DNA of 64,000 bases from Candidatus Hydrothermarchaeum profundi (GTDB lineage: Archaea > Hydrothermarchaeota > Hydrothermarchaeia > Hydrothermarchaeales > Hydrothermarchaeaceae): assembly GCA_002011125.2 (NCBI GenBank), contig MTMF02000008.1, positions 71,019 to 135,018 of the forward strand. The letters run 5' to 3'. The notes under the pieces were generated by a model. That model saw only the letters and a program-made list of their open reading frames with translations. It did not search any database and was not told where the DNA came from. The translations under genes and the position numbers were made by a program. Below, piece after piece: positions 1-9,698 of this stretch. The stretch's first letter is position 1; each line of letters starts with the position of its first letter.

Positions 1-692
1 TGTGCCTGGGCATGTATGCTACTTAGCGGAAAGTCCCTGTATACAAATCTTATTTTTCCCTCTTTTGCTAATTCCTTTAGCTTAGGTACTGGAGGTTCCC
101 AATTTGGGTCTCTTGACTTCATTCTGGAAGTAATTCCTTCATTATATCCGGCTACTCCACTACAGAATGGGCACTGGAAATCCGAAAATTCAATAACAAC
201 TACAGGAGCGTTATCTGGACCGATACATGGATCATCATCTGCGCTTAGAGTAACTCTCTCATATGTTCTATTACTTTCCTCCGTAGGTTGTTGCAGTTCA
301 GATTTGAGATCTATGACTACTATTCCATCTTGGTTTGGTAGAATAACTCTTCCATCTCTAGTAGCATATACGGAGAAAAACTGAGCTTGCTGTCCAGATT
401 GAACTTTGAGTACAATGACATAAAGGTTTTCTCCGAGTTCTTCAACTTTCTCAAGAGTGCCTGTTACGCCTTGGGGATTAAGAATACGGCTATTAATAAA
501 CTCCATTGTCATATTTGCTACTTCCTCTTTAGAAAGCTCAGAGTTTTCTTCATTGACTACATTTTGGTTATCTACTTCTTGAGTTGTTTCTTTAGGCTTT
601 CCACCTATCTGGTTGCTCTGTGATATAATGCCCCCGAAAAAAAGAATAGCTACACCAATAGCAATTAATATATATACTTGTTTCTGCTTCAT
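1..692 (-). CDS. DsbA/thioredoxin-fold membrane-anchored oxidoreductase (3' end runs off window)
   Basis: Hand-translated, not in ORF track: MKQKQVYILIAIGVAILFFGG (TM anchor) ... DDDPCIGPDNAPVV..IEFSDFQCPFC ... RFVYRDFPL; GGAGG SD upstream. Confidence 0.85.
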   Translation of the reverse strand, partial: MKQKQVYILIAIGVAILFFGGIISQSNQIGGKPKETTQEVDNQNVVNEENSELSKEEVANMTMEFINSRILNPQGVTGTLEKVEELGENLYVIVLKVQSGQQAQFFSVYATRDGRVILPNQDGIVVIDLKSELQQPTEESNRTYERVTLSADDDPCIGPDNAPVVVIEFSDFQCPFCSGVAGYNEGITSRMKSRDPNWEPPVPKLKELAKEGKIRFVYRDFPLSSIHAQA

Positions 693-797
693 TTAGCCTC
701 CATCTTAAACTTCACAATATAAAAGAATTCTGATTTAAAGTAGATTTTATTTAACATATTTTGAAATTTTCTTAAGAAATAAAACGTTAAAAGTAAA

Positions 798-840
798 TTT
801 ACATGTTAATTACATGTAAAACACCGAAAAATTTTTATAA
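798..840 (+). promoter_or_regulatory. Inverted-repeat operator plus BRE/TATA promoter
   Basis: TTTACATGT-taatt-ACATGTAAA (798-820), then CGAAAA and TTTTTATAA (825-840). Confidence 0.55.
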
Positions 841-886
841 TGGGCCGGGAGATTTTATCATACTTAGTCGAAGGAGGTGTATCCTA

Positions 887-976
887 ATGCTCGGCGACAT
901 TGTAGGAGCAATTGGTGCGGCCTGTATAGCTATATTTCTAGTTATAATGGTCGCTGGGATGGCAGGAGTTATCTAA
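887..976 (+). CDS. 29-aa hydrophobic small protein
   Basis: MLGDIVGAIGAACIAIFLVIMVAGMAGVI; strong SD AAGGAGGTG, upstream TATA, downstream hairpin. Confidence 0.6.
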   Translation: MLGDIVGAIGAACIAIFLVIMVAGMAGVI

Positions 977-1008
977 AAAGCAACTCTCTCTAATCGGATA
1001 GAATATTT

Positions 1009-1036
1009 TAGGAAAGGGGTTTTTGACCCCTTCCTA
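1009..1036. terminator. Hairpin between convergent genes
   Basis: TAGGAAAGGGGT-ttttg-ACCCCTTCCTA. Confidence 0.5.
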
Positions 1037-1052
1037 TTATAAAATAGAATAG

Positions 1053-1526
1053 TTAAAATTTAGTTACTCCATCTGGGACTCGATATAATTTGAATTTAAC
1101 TTTGTTATTTTCTATAGCTTCTTTAACCATTCTCTGGGGTTTATCTAGCCCTTTTTTACCTGTTTTAATTTCTAAGAAAACTATCTCCTCTATTTTGTTA
1201 TGACTTCTACCCTTAAAGACGACCATATCGATAGGGTCTCCTAGAAATTTGACGTCTGTTGGATCATAGTTAAAACCAGGTAGAAAGGGAGCAAGCTGTT
1301 CGCTAAACTTTCCTCCTAGAGTTACTCTGCTTCTCCTCTTTGCGTCCTCTCTTATTTCGCTCTCCTTTTCCTTAATCCATTCCTCAAATTTTAGATCATA
1401 TTCTTTTTTCGTTATTTTCCTCGCTACTATAAAGCCGACTAGAAGTGAGATAAAAATTATTAAGGCTAAAGTAATTGTTTCGTCAATCATATATCCACCT
1501 CTTTTAATCTCAAGTTCGTAATCCAT
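1053..1526 (-). CDS. Holliday-junction-resolvase-like endonuclease with N-terminal TM
   Basis: SRVTLGGKFSEQLAPFLP..FLGDPIDMVVF..IVFLEIKTG PD-(D/E)xK motif. Confidence 0.8.
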   Translation of the reverse strand: MDYELEIKRGGYMIDETITLALIIFISLLVGFIVARKITKKEYDLKFEEWIKEKESEIREDAKRRSRVTLGGKFSEQLAPFLPGFNYDPTDVKFLGDPIDMVVFKGRSHNKIEEIVFLEIKTGKKGLDKPQRMVKEAIENNKVKFKLYRVPDGVTKF

Positions 1527-1575
1527 ATTCTATTTCCGATACAATTTTAAAATAGATTTTTTAATTAATTAAGAT

Positions 1576-2316
1576 ATGACCAATGATATCTTTTCTAAAC
1601 GACCGGCTATTTGTGCTTCGATAATTGCAAACACTGTTGAAGAATATCTGGAAGATGTTAGGGGGGTTGATGGTGCGGATATAATAGAGATAAGAGCTGA
1701 TGGATTGAATGTAAGGTCTCATGATATCCAAAGAGCTTATAAATCTGAAATAAAAAGGTTGCTAAGGAATGTGAGGATTCAAACGGATTTACCAGTAATA
1801 CTTACTTTGAGAGGGGAAAAAGAGGGAGGAGCATTCGCGGGTACAGAAGCGGATAGAATCGAGTGCATAAGGGACTCTCTTAAATTAGCTGACATAGTAG
1901 ATATAGAGTTAGCTATGGAAGGCGAACAAAGAGACGAACTGATAAAGGAAGCAAGGCAGATGAATAAAAAGGTTATAGTATCGTATCATGATCTAAGTTC
2001 TACCCCTGCGGAAGATGCCATGATGAGTATCCTTGAAGAAGAAGTCGAGATTGGGGCAAATGTTGCGAAACTTGCGGTGACTGCTAACTCAAAAAAAGAT
2101 GTAATTAAACTTTTAAATGTAACTCGAGAGATGGCAGAAGGAATGGAAGTACCCATCTGTACAATTGCTATGGGTGACTACGGCAGGATCTCTAGAATAG
2201 TAGCTCCCTTTTTTGGTTCTGTTATGACTTACGGGTATGTCTCAAATGAAACCGCACCAGGCCAGTTAAGTATATTAGAACTTAGAAGAGCATTAGAAAT
2301 TTTGGGATTGAAATGA
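1576..2316 (+). CDS. aroD: Type I 3-dehydroquinate dehydratase
   Basis: IEIRAD, TLRGEKEGG, VSYHD, AKLA, MGDYGRISR, APGQL. Confidence 0.95.
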   Translation: MTNDIFSKRPAICASIIANTVEEYLEDVRGVDGADIIEIRADGLNVRSHDIQRAYKSEIKRLLRNVRIQTDLPVILTLRGEKEGGAFAGTEADRIECIRDSLKLADIVDIELAMEGEQRDELIKEARQMNKKVIVSYHDLSSTPAEDAMMSILEEEVEIGANVAKLAVTANSKKDVIKLLNVTREMAEGMEVPICTIAMGDYGRISRIVAPFFGSVMTYGYVSNETAPGQLSILELRRALEILGLK

Positions 2317-3170
2317 GGATTGATGCAAAGACCAAGGTTTTCTGTGTAATTGGAGACCCGATAGAGCATTCCTTATCTCCGCCTATGCATAACGCAGTAT
2401 TTGAAAAACTAAATTTAGGTTGTGTGTATGTAGCGTTCATGGTTAAACAGGCGGATCTAAAAGACGCGTTAAAAGGATTTAAAGCATTGGGTATTAGAGG
2501 TATTAATGTAACTATACCTCACAAAGTGGCAGTTATAAAGTACTTGGATAGGCTGTCTGAGGAAGCACGTATAATCGGAGCTGTTAATACAATAAAAATT
2601 GGGGAAGAGGTAGTAGGTTATAATACCGATGGGATAGGTGCTCTTAGAGCGTTGAGGGAAGGGGGAGCTGACCCAGAGGATAAAAATGTTTTAATTTTAG
2701 GATCTGGCGGTGCTGCAAGAGCGATTTCTGTTACTCTTGCATTACAAGGGAATGTTAATTCTATCATGATTTTAGGCATTGATAAGGACGAGCTACTCCG
2801 ATTAATAGCTGATATTACAAAAAAAACAGGGATAAATGCTAGCGGGAAGATTATGACAGAAGATACTAAGAAAGAAGAAATTATGAAAGCAGATATATTG
2901 ATCCATTGTACTCCTGTTGGCATGTATCCCCGAATTGATGAGTCCTTAGTGACGGCAGAGATGTTAAAAGAGGACCTGCATGTTATGGATATAGTGTATA
3001 CTCCTAGGGAAACCAAGTTGTTAAAAGAAGCTAAGAAAGCGGGATGCAATACCATCGAGGGGCTCTGGATGTTTATCTATCAAGCAGCTGAATCTGAAAA
3101 AATATGGCTGGGTGTCGATGCTCCTGTGGACTTGATGAAGGAGGTCGTGGTAAAGGAGCTGGAAAGATGA
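2313..3170 (+). CDS. aroE: Shikimate dehydrogenase
   Basis: GDPIEHSLSP, NVTIPHK, GAVNT, NTDG, GSGGAARA. Confidence 0.96.
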   Translation: MRIDAKTKVFCVIGDPIEHSLSPPMHNAVFEKLNLGCVYVAFMVKQADLKDALKGFKALGIRGINVTIPHKVAVIKYLDRLSEEARIIGAVNTIKIGEEVVGYNTDGIGALRALREGGADPEDKNVLILGSGGAARAISVTLALQGNVNSIMILGIDKDELLRLIADITKKTGINASGKIMTEDTKKEEIMKADILIHCTPVGMYPRIDESLVTAEMLKEDLHVMDIVYTPRETKLLKEAKKAGCNTIEGLWMFIYQAAESEKIWLGVDAPVDLMKEVVVKELER

Positions 3171-3526
3171 ATGAAGATGAGATTCTTAGGAGACTTGAGC
3201 CTAACTACGAGGATTTAACCGCTAATGAGATCACTGATCTTATAAAAAAGAAAGCAACATCTGAGGAAAGGGCGTTTTTAGAAAGAAAAAAAGAAGAAAA
3301 AATGCGCCTTGCTATTCAGGCGGAAGAGCTTATAAAACAGGGCAGATTGAATAGAGCCTTAGAAATGCTAAACTTCGCACTCTCTTTGGGTACATATGGA
3401 AATGAGTATCCGTTAGGCCTATTAGGGGACCTGTATTTGAAGAGGGGGGATAAGAAAAAAGCTTTGGAGATGTATAAAAAATCTGGAACGATTGATTCTC
3501 TTAAAAAAGCTAGAAAGCTGGAGTAA
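3167..3526 (+). CDS. TPR-like hypothetical protein
   Basis: Likely start ATG 3167 overlapping aroE stop; LGDLYLKRGDKKKALEMYKK TPR-like helix pair. Confidence 0.6.
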   Translation: MNEDEILRRLEPNYEDLTANEITDLIKKKATSEERAFLERKKEEKMRLAIQAEELIKQGRLNRALEMLNFALSLGTYGNEYPLGLLGDLYLKRGDKKKALEMYKKSGTIDSLKKARKLE

Positions 3527-4020
3527 TGAGCACCTGTGAATATGTTCCTATACCCGATGAAGCTGCTAGGGAAATGCTTAAGGCCTTAGAAGTAAAGAAG
3601 GGGGAGCTGCTATATGACCTCGGAAGCGGTACGGCTAATATTTTGATAATTGCTGCTGAGGAATTTGGAGCAAAATGTATTGGAATCGAGGTGCGGCAGA
3701 GACTTGTAGAATGGTCGCTGGAGGATATAAAGAATTTAGGATTGCATGATAGGATTACTGTTATCAAGGATAACTTTTTTTCTCAGAGATTCTGGTATCA
3801 TTTAGGAGGAAGAGAGCTCACTATAAGGGACGCAGATGTTGTAACTATGTATTTAACATTGCAGGTGCAAGAGGCATTGAGGGATAGGATTGAGAAGGAG
3901 CTAAAGCCGGGTACTAGAGTTGGTTCATACGCCTTTAAGCTTAGAGGATGGGAACCCGTGAAAGTAGTTAATTCTAAGGAAGCTCCAATTTATATTTTTG
4001 AGAAAGGAAAAAGCTTCTAG
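3526..4020 (+). CDS. SAM-dependent methyltransferase (protein-lysine MTase-like), paralog 1
   Basis: YVPIP, LYDLGSGTA, GIE, DVVTMYL, ELKPGTRVGS. Confidence 0.85.
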   Translation: MSTCEYVPIPDEAAREMLKALEVKKGELLYDLGSGTANILIIAAEEFGAKCIGIEVRQRLVEWSLEDIKNLGLHDRITVIKDNFFSQRFWYHLGGRELTIRDADVVTMYLTLQVQEALRDRIEKELKPGTRVGSYAFKLRGWEPVKVVNSKEAPIYIFEKGKSF

Positions 4021-4526
4021 AGTTTATCTTTTAAAGCTTTTAAAATTTCATCAACTACTTCGTCTACAGTTAGATTTGAAGTGTCTATTTTAATGTCGTG
4101 GTTTGCGTAGAATGGGGCTCGGTACTCCATTAATTCTTTGATCTTTTTTTTAGGATCTTTAACACGTAAAAGCGGTCTATGGGTTTCGTTCTTTATCCTT
4201 TCATAAATAACCGCTGGATCGGCATAGAGATACACTATTGTTCCATTTTTTTTTAAATTATCCATATTTTCTTTATTTAAAACCACGCCTCCGCCTGTAA
4301 TTATAATATGGTTACTTAACTTAGATACTTCTTCGACAGCTTTTTTTTCCAGCTCTCTGAATTTAATTTCTCCCATTTTTTCAAAAATATCTGGGATACT
4401 CATCCCTGTATCCTCTTCGATTTTATCATCGGTATCAATGACTTTCATTCCAGTCTTTTCAGAGAGTTTTTTTCCTACAGAGGTCTTTCCAGCACCCATA
4501 AATCCTGTAAGCACTATATTTTTCAT
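4017..4526 (-). CDS. aroK: Shikimate kinase (bacterial type)
   Basis: GFMGAGKT P-loop, FRELE, TGGG, RPLL. Confidence 0.95.
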   Translation of the reverse strand: MKNIVLTGFMGAGKTSVGKKLSEKTGMKVIDTDDKIEEDTGMSIPDIFEKMGEIKFRELEKKAVEEVSKLSNHIIITGGGVVLNKENMDNLKKNGTIVYLYADPAVIYERIKNETHRPLLRVKDPKKKIKELMEYRAPFYANHDIKIDTSNLTVDEVVDEILKALKDKL

Positions 4527-4571
4527 TACAGCAAAATTTTTAAAATCTCATATTAATACATTTTTACCTTA

Positions 4572-5075
4572 ATGTTCGTTGGTGAGTATACTCCTATACC
4601 GCGAGCAGCCGCAATTGAGATGTTAAAGGAATCAGGGATCAAGGAGGGGGATACACTCTATATGCTGAGCTGTGGAGATGGGGATCTGCTAATAATGGCG
4701 GCAAGAAGATTTGGAGTAAGATGTGTTGGTATTGAACGTAAAAAGGTCTTAACTGACGATGCATTTGAGAAGGTGAAAAAGAGCGGGTTGGAGGATAGAA
4801 TCACAATACTCAACGATAACTTTCATTTTCCGAGGTTCTGGTCCCATATTGACGATAGAGAAGAAAAACCTTATGCCTTAAGGAATGCTGATGTTGTAAT
4901 CTATTACCTAACCCTTCAAGTCCAGGAATTGCTTAGAGATAAATTGGTAAAAGAACTTAGGAAAGGTGCTAGAGTGGCATCCTATGCATTTAAACTTATG
5001 GGATGGGAACCGGTTAAGACAAAAGTTGTGGAAGGCGTTCCATTCTATATTTTTGAGAAAGGAAAAAGCTTCTAG
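4572..5075 (+). CDS. SAM-dependent methyltransferase, paralog 2 (degenerate motif I)
   Basis: Clear paralog of 3526-4020; LYMLSCGDG replaces LYDLGSG. Confidence 0.8.
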   Translation: MFVGEYTPIPRAAAIEMLKESGIKEGDTLYMLSCGDGDLLIMAARRFGVRCVGIERKKVLTDDAFEKVKKSGLEDRITILNDNFHFPRFWSHIDDREEKPYALRNADVVIYYLTLQVQELLRDKLVKELRKGARVASYAFKLMGWEPVKTKVVEGVPFYIFEKGKSF

Positions 5076-6475
5076 CTCAGGTAACCTACTACTTTCTGTG
5101 AGGTTAGGTACGCATCTGCAGTACAATAATTTATACCGACCCCTCTAAATGCATTACCGGTCATAAATAATCCTGGATGTTTATTGAGTCGTTTTTCTAT
5201 TATTTCAAGACGTTTTTTATGTCCTAAGGTGTATTGAGGTATCCCCTTTTCATGTCTAAAAACTTTCGCAAATATAGGCTCCGCATCTATCCCCATTATT
5301 TCCATAAGCTCTCCCTTAGCGATGTTAATCAGCTGGTCCTTAGAGAGAAGTGCTAACTCAGGCTGCATTGCTCCCCCGATCATAATCCTAAATAAATATT
5401 TACCCTCTGGCGCTCTGCCTGGAAATATACTACTGGTCCATAGACATCCTATTATTTTTCGTTTCTCGTTTCTTGCTACCAAAAATCCAAAACCATCTAG
5501 AGGGTGATTAAGCTCTTTACGGTTATATCCAAGGGCAACTACTGATATAGGCACATAGGGTATCTCTAGCAGCTTCTGGGATATCTCTGGGTCTAATTCT
5601 TTTATCATTTTGCTTGTTGTGTAAGCGGGTGTTGCTGTTATGATTATATCTGCCTCCAAGGCATCATTTCCCTCTAGCTCGGCGATATATTTGGGTTTTT
5701 TATCATCTATTCTACTGATCTTTTCAACCCTTTTGCCTTTGATTATATCTCCCTCAATTTTCTCTGCAAGAGTATCTATAAGGGTCTGTATTCCACCTTT
5801 GAAGGAAGTTAGTCTGCCCCCTGGACCAGCGGTAGCTTTCATTTTTATTCCCGTTTTCTTTGCCTGTTTCATACGCTTTATCATCCCTCTTATAAGGCTG
5901 CCATTTCCCTCCTTTTCCACTTCTAGAAGGAGAGGGAAACAGCTTTCCATACTTAACTTTTCTGCGTCACCTCCGAAGACACCGCTAACCATTGGAGCTA
6001 TTAGTTTGTTAACAGCTTCTTGTCCCATATGCCTTCTTGCAAACTCCGCTATAGTTTCCTCTTCTCCCTCGGGTTTAGGTTTGGTGAATATCTCCATCGC
6101 AACCCTCATTTTACCTTTCAGCGAGAGGAGGTCAGATTTCAAAAAAGCTATTGGTGACTCTGGGAGTTGTTTTAATTTTCCATCAGAGTAGATGAACCTT
6201 TTTCTCGCAACATCGTTACTAGGTTGTAGCAGGTCGTTTATTCCTAAGGCATCTACTAGTTTTAGTGTGCTGGGCTTATTATCAAGAAATCCGTTGGCTC
6301 CTACCTCAATGGTATACCCCTTTTCCCGCATCGTTTGAACTTTACCTCCTAATTTTTCAGATGCTTCTATTAGGGTTATGTCTACGTCGATACCTTTGTC
6401 TCTGGCTTTTTCTTGTATATTGAAGGCGGTCGATAATCCAGAGATTCCCCCGCCAACTACAACTACTCTGTTCAT
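5072..6475 (-). CDS. hemY: HemY-type coproporphyrinogen/protoporphyrinogen oxidase
   Basis: VGGGISGL FAD motif, LGG, GFGFL, IPQY, GVGINYC. Confidence 0.92.
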   Translation of the reverse strand: MNRVVVVGGGISGLSTAFNIQEKARDKGIDVDITLIEASEKLGGKVQTMREKGYTIEVGANGFLDNKPSTLKLVDALGINDLLQPSNDVARKRFIYSDGKLKQLPESPIAFLKSDLLSLKGKMRVAMEIFTKPKPEGEEETIAEFARRHMGQEAVNKLIAPMVSGVFGGDAEKLSMESCFPLLLEVEKEGNGSLIRGMIKRMKQAKKTGIKMKATAGPGGRLTSFKGGIQTLIDTLAEKIEGDIIKGKRVEKISRIDDKKPKYIAELEGNDALEADIIITATPAYTTSKMIKELDPEISQKLLEIPYVPISVVALGYNRKELNHPLDGFGFLVARNEKRKIIGCLWTSSIFPGRAPEGKYLFRIMIGGAMQPELALLSKDQLINIAKGELMEIMGIDAEPIFAKVFRHEKGIPQYTLGHKKRLEIIEKRLNKHPGLFMTGNAFRGVGINYCTADAYLTSQKVVGYLS

Positions 6476-6513
6476 AAAAATCCATTAGAATTTAAATGAG
6501 AGCAAATATAAAA

Positions 6514-7467
6514 TCATTGTGTATTTGCCTTTACAATTTCTGTTAGTGCAAGAACGAATTCAGGATTATCGTTAAGTGACTGTGTTCTCCTGAGAGTCAC
6601 TCCTAACTTCTGTGCATACTTTTTAAGCTTGATATCTATATCATAGAGGGTTTCCAAATGGTCGGAAACAAAACTGATAGGCACTACTAAAATATTTTTA
6701 ATATCCTTCTCGCTTAATGTTTTAATAACGTCCTCTGTTTTAGGTCCTAGCCATTTAATTGGTCCAGATTGACTTTGGAATCCAAGACTCCATTTAATAC
6801 CGTCTAGTTGTCTTTCTACTCCTTTTATCGTAGCCATTATCTCTGATAAGTAAGGATCTCCTTCTTCTATTACTTTCTGAGGTAGGGAATGAGCGCTAAA
6901 TAAAACATGAACTTCTTTTTCTTCAAATTCTGAGAGTCCTCTTCTAATACTGTTTGCCAAGGCGGTTAGATAACCCGGATGATCATACCACCTGTCTATA
7001 ACTTTTACGCTAATTTTTGGATTTATTTTCTCAATTGCAATATTCAGTTTTTTAACGCATGTGCCAGTTGTAGTTCTAGAATACTGTGGGAAAAGAGGTA
7101 AAGCCAGAATATCTTTTATTCCTGTTTTAACTACGCTTTCAACGGCTTCTTCTATAGTAGGATGCCAATAGCGCATTCCAACAAATACTTCAAAATCTCT
7201 CCCAAGCTCATTTTTAAGAGCCGCAGCTTGCCTCAAGGTTATATCTACAATCGGGCTTTTACCGCCTATTTTCTCGTACCTTTCCCTAACCTTTCTCGCC
7301 CGAAACTTAGATATGAGCTTCGCTGTAGGTTTCTGGAAAGGAAGTCTTATGATATCCCTGTCCGAGAAAAGATTATAAAGGAAAGGTTCAATGGAGGATA
7401 TCGAGTCGGGACCTCCTAAATTCATCATGATTATTGCTTTTTTCTCGGTAGTCATCGTATGCTCCAC
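6514..7467 (-). CDS. hemH: Ferrochelatase
   Basis: NLGGP, GGKSP, MRYWHP, PLFPQYS, SAHSLP, FVSDHLETL. Confidence 0.95.
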   Translation of the reverse strand: MEHTMTTEKKAIIMMNLGGPDSISSIEPFLYNLFSDRDIIRLPFQKPTAKLISKFRARKVRERYEKIGGKSPIVDITLRQAAALKNELGRDFEVFVGMRYWHPTIEEAVESVVKTGIKDILALPLFPQYSRTTTGTCVKKLNIAIEKINPKISVKVIDRWYDHPGYLTALANSIRRGLSEFEEKEVHVLFSAHSLPQKVIEEGDPYLSEIMATIKGVERQLDGIKWSLGFQSQSGPIKWLGPKTEDVIKTLSEKDIKNILVVPISFVSDHLETLYDIDIKLKKYAQKLGVTLRRTQSLNDNPEFVLALTEIVKANTQ

Positions 7468-8480
7468 TTTTTTACGAATTTCACCATGGAAATTACATTT
7501 TCTACAGGTGTTTGTGGTAAGATACCATGCCCTAAGTTAAATATGTGTCCAGGCCTATTTTCAGCTCTATACAAGATATCCCTAACTCTCTCCTTTATCA
7601 AAGGTTTAGTGGTTAATAATATCGCTGGATCAAGATTTCCTTGTATTCCCACATTATATCCTATTCTTTTCCAAGCCTCGTCTAGGTTAATCCTCCAGTC
7701 AATACCTATGACATCTCCCCCAGATTCTCTCATAAGCTCTAAGAGGGTTGAAGCTCCTGTAGCAAAATATATTATAGGGACCTTGTTTTTAAGAGACTTT
7801 ATTACCTTCTTCGTAAATGGCAGTACATATCGCTCATAATCTGTAGGGGAGAGGCATCCTACCCATGAATCGAATAGTTGCAAGGCATGTACTCCAGAGT
7901 CGATCTGATAATTCAAATATTTAACAATAGTATCTGATAGTTTATTCATTAATTTATTGTAGGTGTTTGTGTCTTTCCACATCATAACTTTCAGATTTTC
8001 ATAGTTTCTGCTTCCTTCACCTTCAACCATATAACTCGCTAACGTGAAAGGAGCTCCAGAAAACCCTATTAGTGGAACTCTTTCTTCTAAATGCTTCAAA
8101 GCGAGTTTTATGCTCTCCTCTACGAATGGGATATCTTCTTCTGGTTCTGGAATCTTCAATGATTCTACCTCCCTAGAGTTCCTTACAGGGTTCAGGATGA
8201 CAGGGCCAATTGTTTCTTGGAACTCTATTTTAATTCCCATAGCTTCGATAGGGATTAGTATATCTGAAAACAAAATTGCAGCATCTACTTGCAGCTTATC
8301 AACCGGCTGGATAGTTATCTTTGCGGCAACCTTAGGATTTTTACACATTTCGAGAAAAGAATATTTTTCTCTTATCTCTTGATACTCTTCCATATATCTG
8401 CCCGCTTGACGCATAAGCCAAACAGGGGTTCTTGGGGTTTTCTCAAGGTTACATGCTTTTAGAAAAAGGTCATTTTCCAA
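7452..8480 (-). CDS. hemE: Uroporphyrinogen decarboxylase
   Basis: PVWLMRQAGRYM, FSDIL, GAPFTLASY, QGNLDP, FNLGHGI. Confidence 0.97.
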   Translation of the reverse strand: MENDLFLKACNLEKTPRTPVWLMRQAGRYMEEYQEIREKYSFLEMCKNPKVAAKITIQPVDKLQVDAAILFSDILIPIEAMGIKIEFQETIGPVILNPVRNSREVESLKIPEPEEDIPFVEESIKLALKHLEERVPLIGFSGAPFTLASYMVEGEGSRNYENLKVMMWKDTNTYNKLMNKLSDTIVKYLNYQIDSGVHALQLFDSWVGCLSPTDYERYVLPFTKKVIKSLKNKVPIIYFATGASTLLELMRESGGDVIGIDWRINLDEAWKRIGYNVGIQGNLDPAILLTTKPLIKERVRDILYRAENRPGHIFNLGHGILPQTPVENVISMVKFVKKWSIR

Positions 8481-8554
8481 AGTTTTCTCTCCTTTTATTT
8501 CAATATGACTCTAAATTCTTTGATATACCTGAGAGATATTTTCTATTTAAGTTT

Positions 8555-9622
8555 CTACAAGTTTTTTTCTTTTACTATCCTAATAGGGTTATATGTGCAA
8601 TACGGCTCTTCTGCGAGATAATCTCCATGAACAGCATAGGCTCTTGCTCGGCAACCCCCACAGACCATTAAATATTCGCACTCCCCGCATTTTCCTTTAT
8701 ATATTTTAAAATTTCTAAGGTTTCTAAGTAATTGAGAATTCTCCCATATCTCTTTAAAAGATTGTTCTTTTATGTTTCCTGCATTTTCCGGGAAGTAAGA
8801 GCAAGGGTGAACATTACCTTTGTGATCAATGAAGGCTATTAATTGTCCTGCAACACAACCTTTATTGCCTCCCGTAGAGAAGCTTAGATTCCTACGTTTA
8901 AACTCTCTGCCCTCTTTTTTTGCTAGTTGCCTAAAGACCCTATAGTACTGTGGAGCACAAGTTGGCCTGACTAATATTTCATCCTCCTCTTTTTCCATAG
9001 TATAGTGCCACTTCAAAATTTCTTCATAATCTTCTCTGGAAATTAGTTCCTCCATAATCTCTTTTCCTCTGCCAGTGGGAACTATCATAAACATGTACCA
9101 AGCGGTTGCGCCAAGTTTCTTTGCAAGCTTATAAACATTGGGTATATCTGCTTGGTTTCTCTTAGTAAATGAGGAATTTATTATAAAGGGTATACTATGT
9201 TTCTTGAGTAATCTTGCAGCATTGATCGTACCTTTGAATGCTCCTTTTTGCCTCCTAAAATTATCATGAATTTCTTCCTTAGAACCGTCGAGGCTGAGTG
9301 CAACGATTTTAATACCTGAGGCCTTCATTTTTTCGCATATTTCATCGGTCACTAAGGTGCCATTAGTTGCAAGGCACATCCTTAGACCTTTACTCGTACC
9401 ATAGCTAGCTATGTCGAATACATCTTCCCTTAAAAGAGGCTCACCGCCTGATAGCACTATGACCGGGTCATAGTATTTAGAGATATCATCGAGAAGTCTT
9501 TTTGCTTCTGTGGTAGAAGGTCCATTTTCTTCGCTCAAACTAGCTGATGCTCTACAATGAATGCAATTAAGATTACATCGGCCAGTTAGCTCCCACGCTA
9601 TCCATTTGGGTTCAAAATCCAT
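8555..9622 (-). CDS. ahbD: Radical SAM/SPASM heme synthesis protein, AhbD-like coproheme decarboxylase
   Basis: [38 protein letters not shown] Cys; first gene of heme operon. Confidence 0.75.
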   Translation of the reverse strand: MDFEPKWIAWELTGRCNLNCIHCRASASLSEENGPSTTEAKRLLDDISKYYDPVIVLSGGEPLLREDVFDIASYGTSKGLRMCLATNGTLVTDEICEKMKASGIKIVALSLDGSKEEIHDNFRRQKGAFKGTINAARLLKKHSIPFIINSSFTKRNQADIPNVYKLAKKLGATAWYMFMIVPTGRGKEIMEELISREDYEEILKWHYTMEKEEDEILVRPTCAPQYYRVFRQLAKKEGREFKRRNLSFSTGGNKGCVAGQLIAFIDHKGNVHPCSYFPENAGNIKEQSFKEIWENSQLLRNLRNFKIYKGKCGECEYLMVCGGCRARAYAVHGDYLAEEPYCTYNPIRIVKEKNL

Positions 9623-9698
9623 TAAAATTACCTTTCCTTAGAGTAAGGAAATTAACATTACAAAAATGTTTATATTATGCAATAAATAAGACTCCAGC

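Noticed and set aside
16-623. Plus-strand ORFs 16-384 and 387-623
   Set aside because: Antisense shadows of the DsbA-like gene
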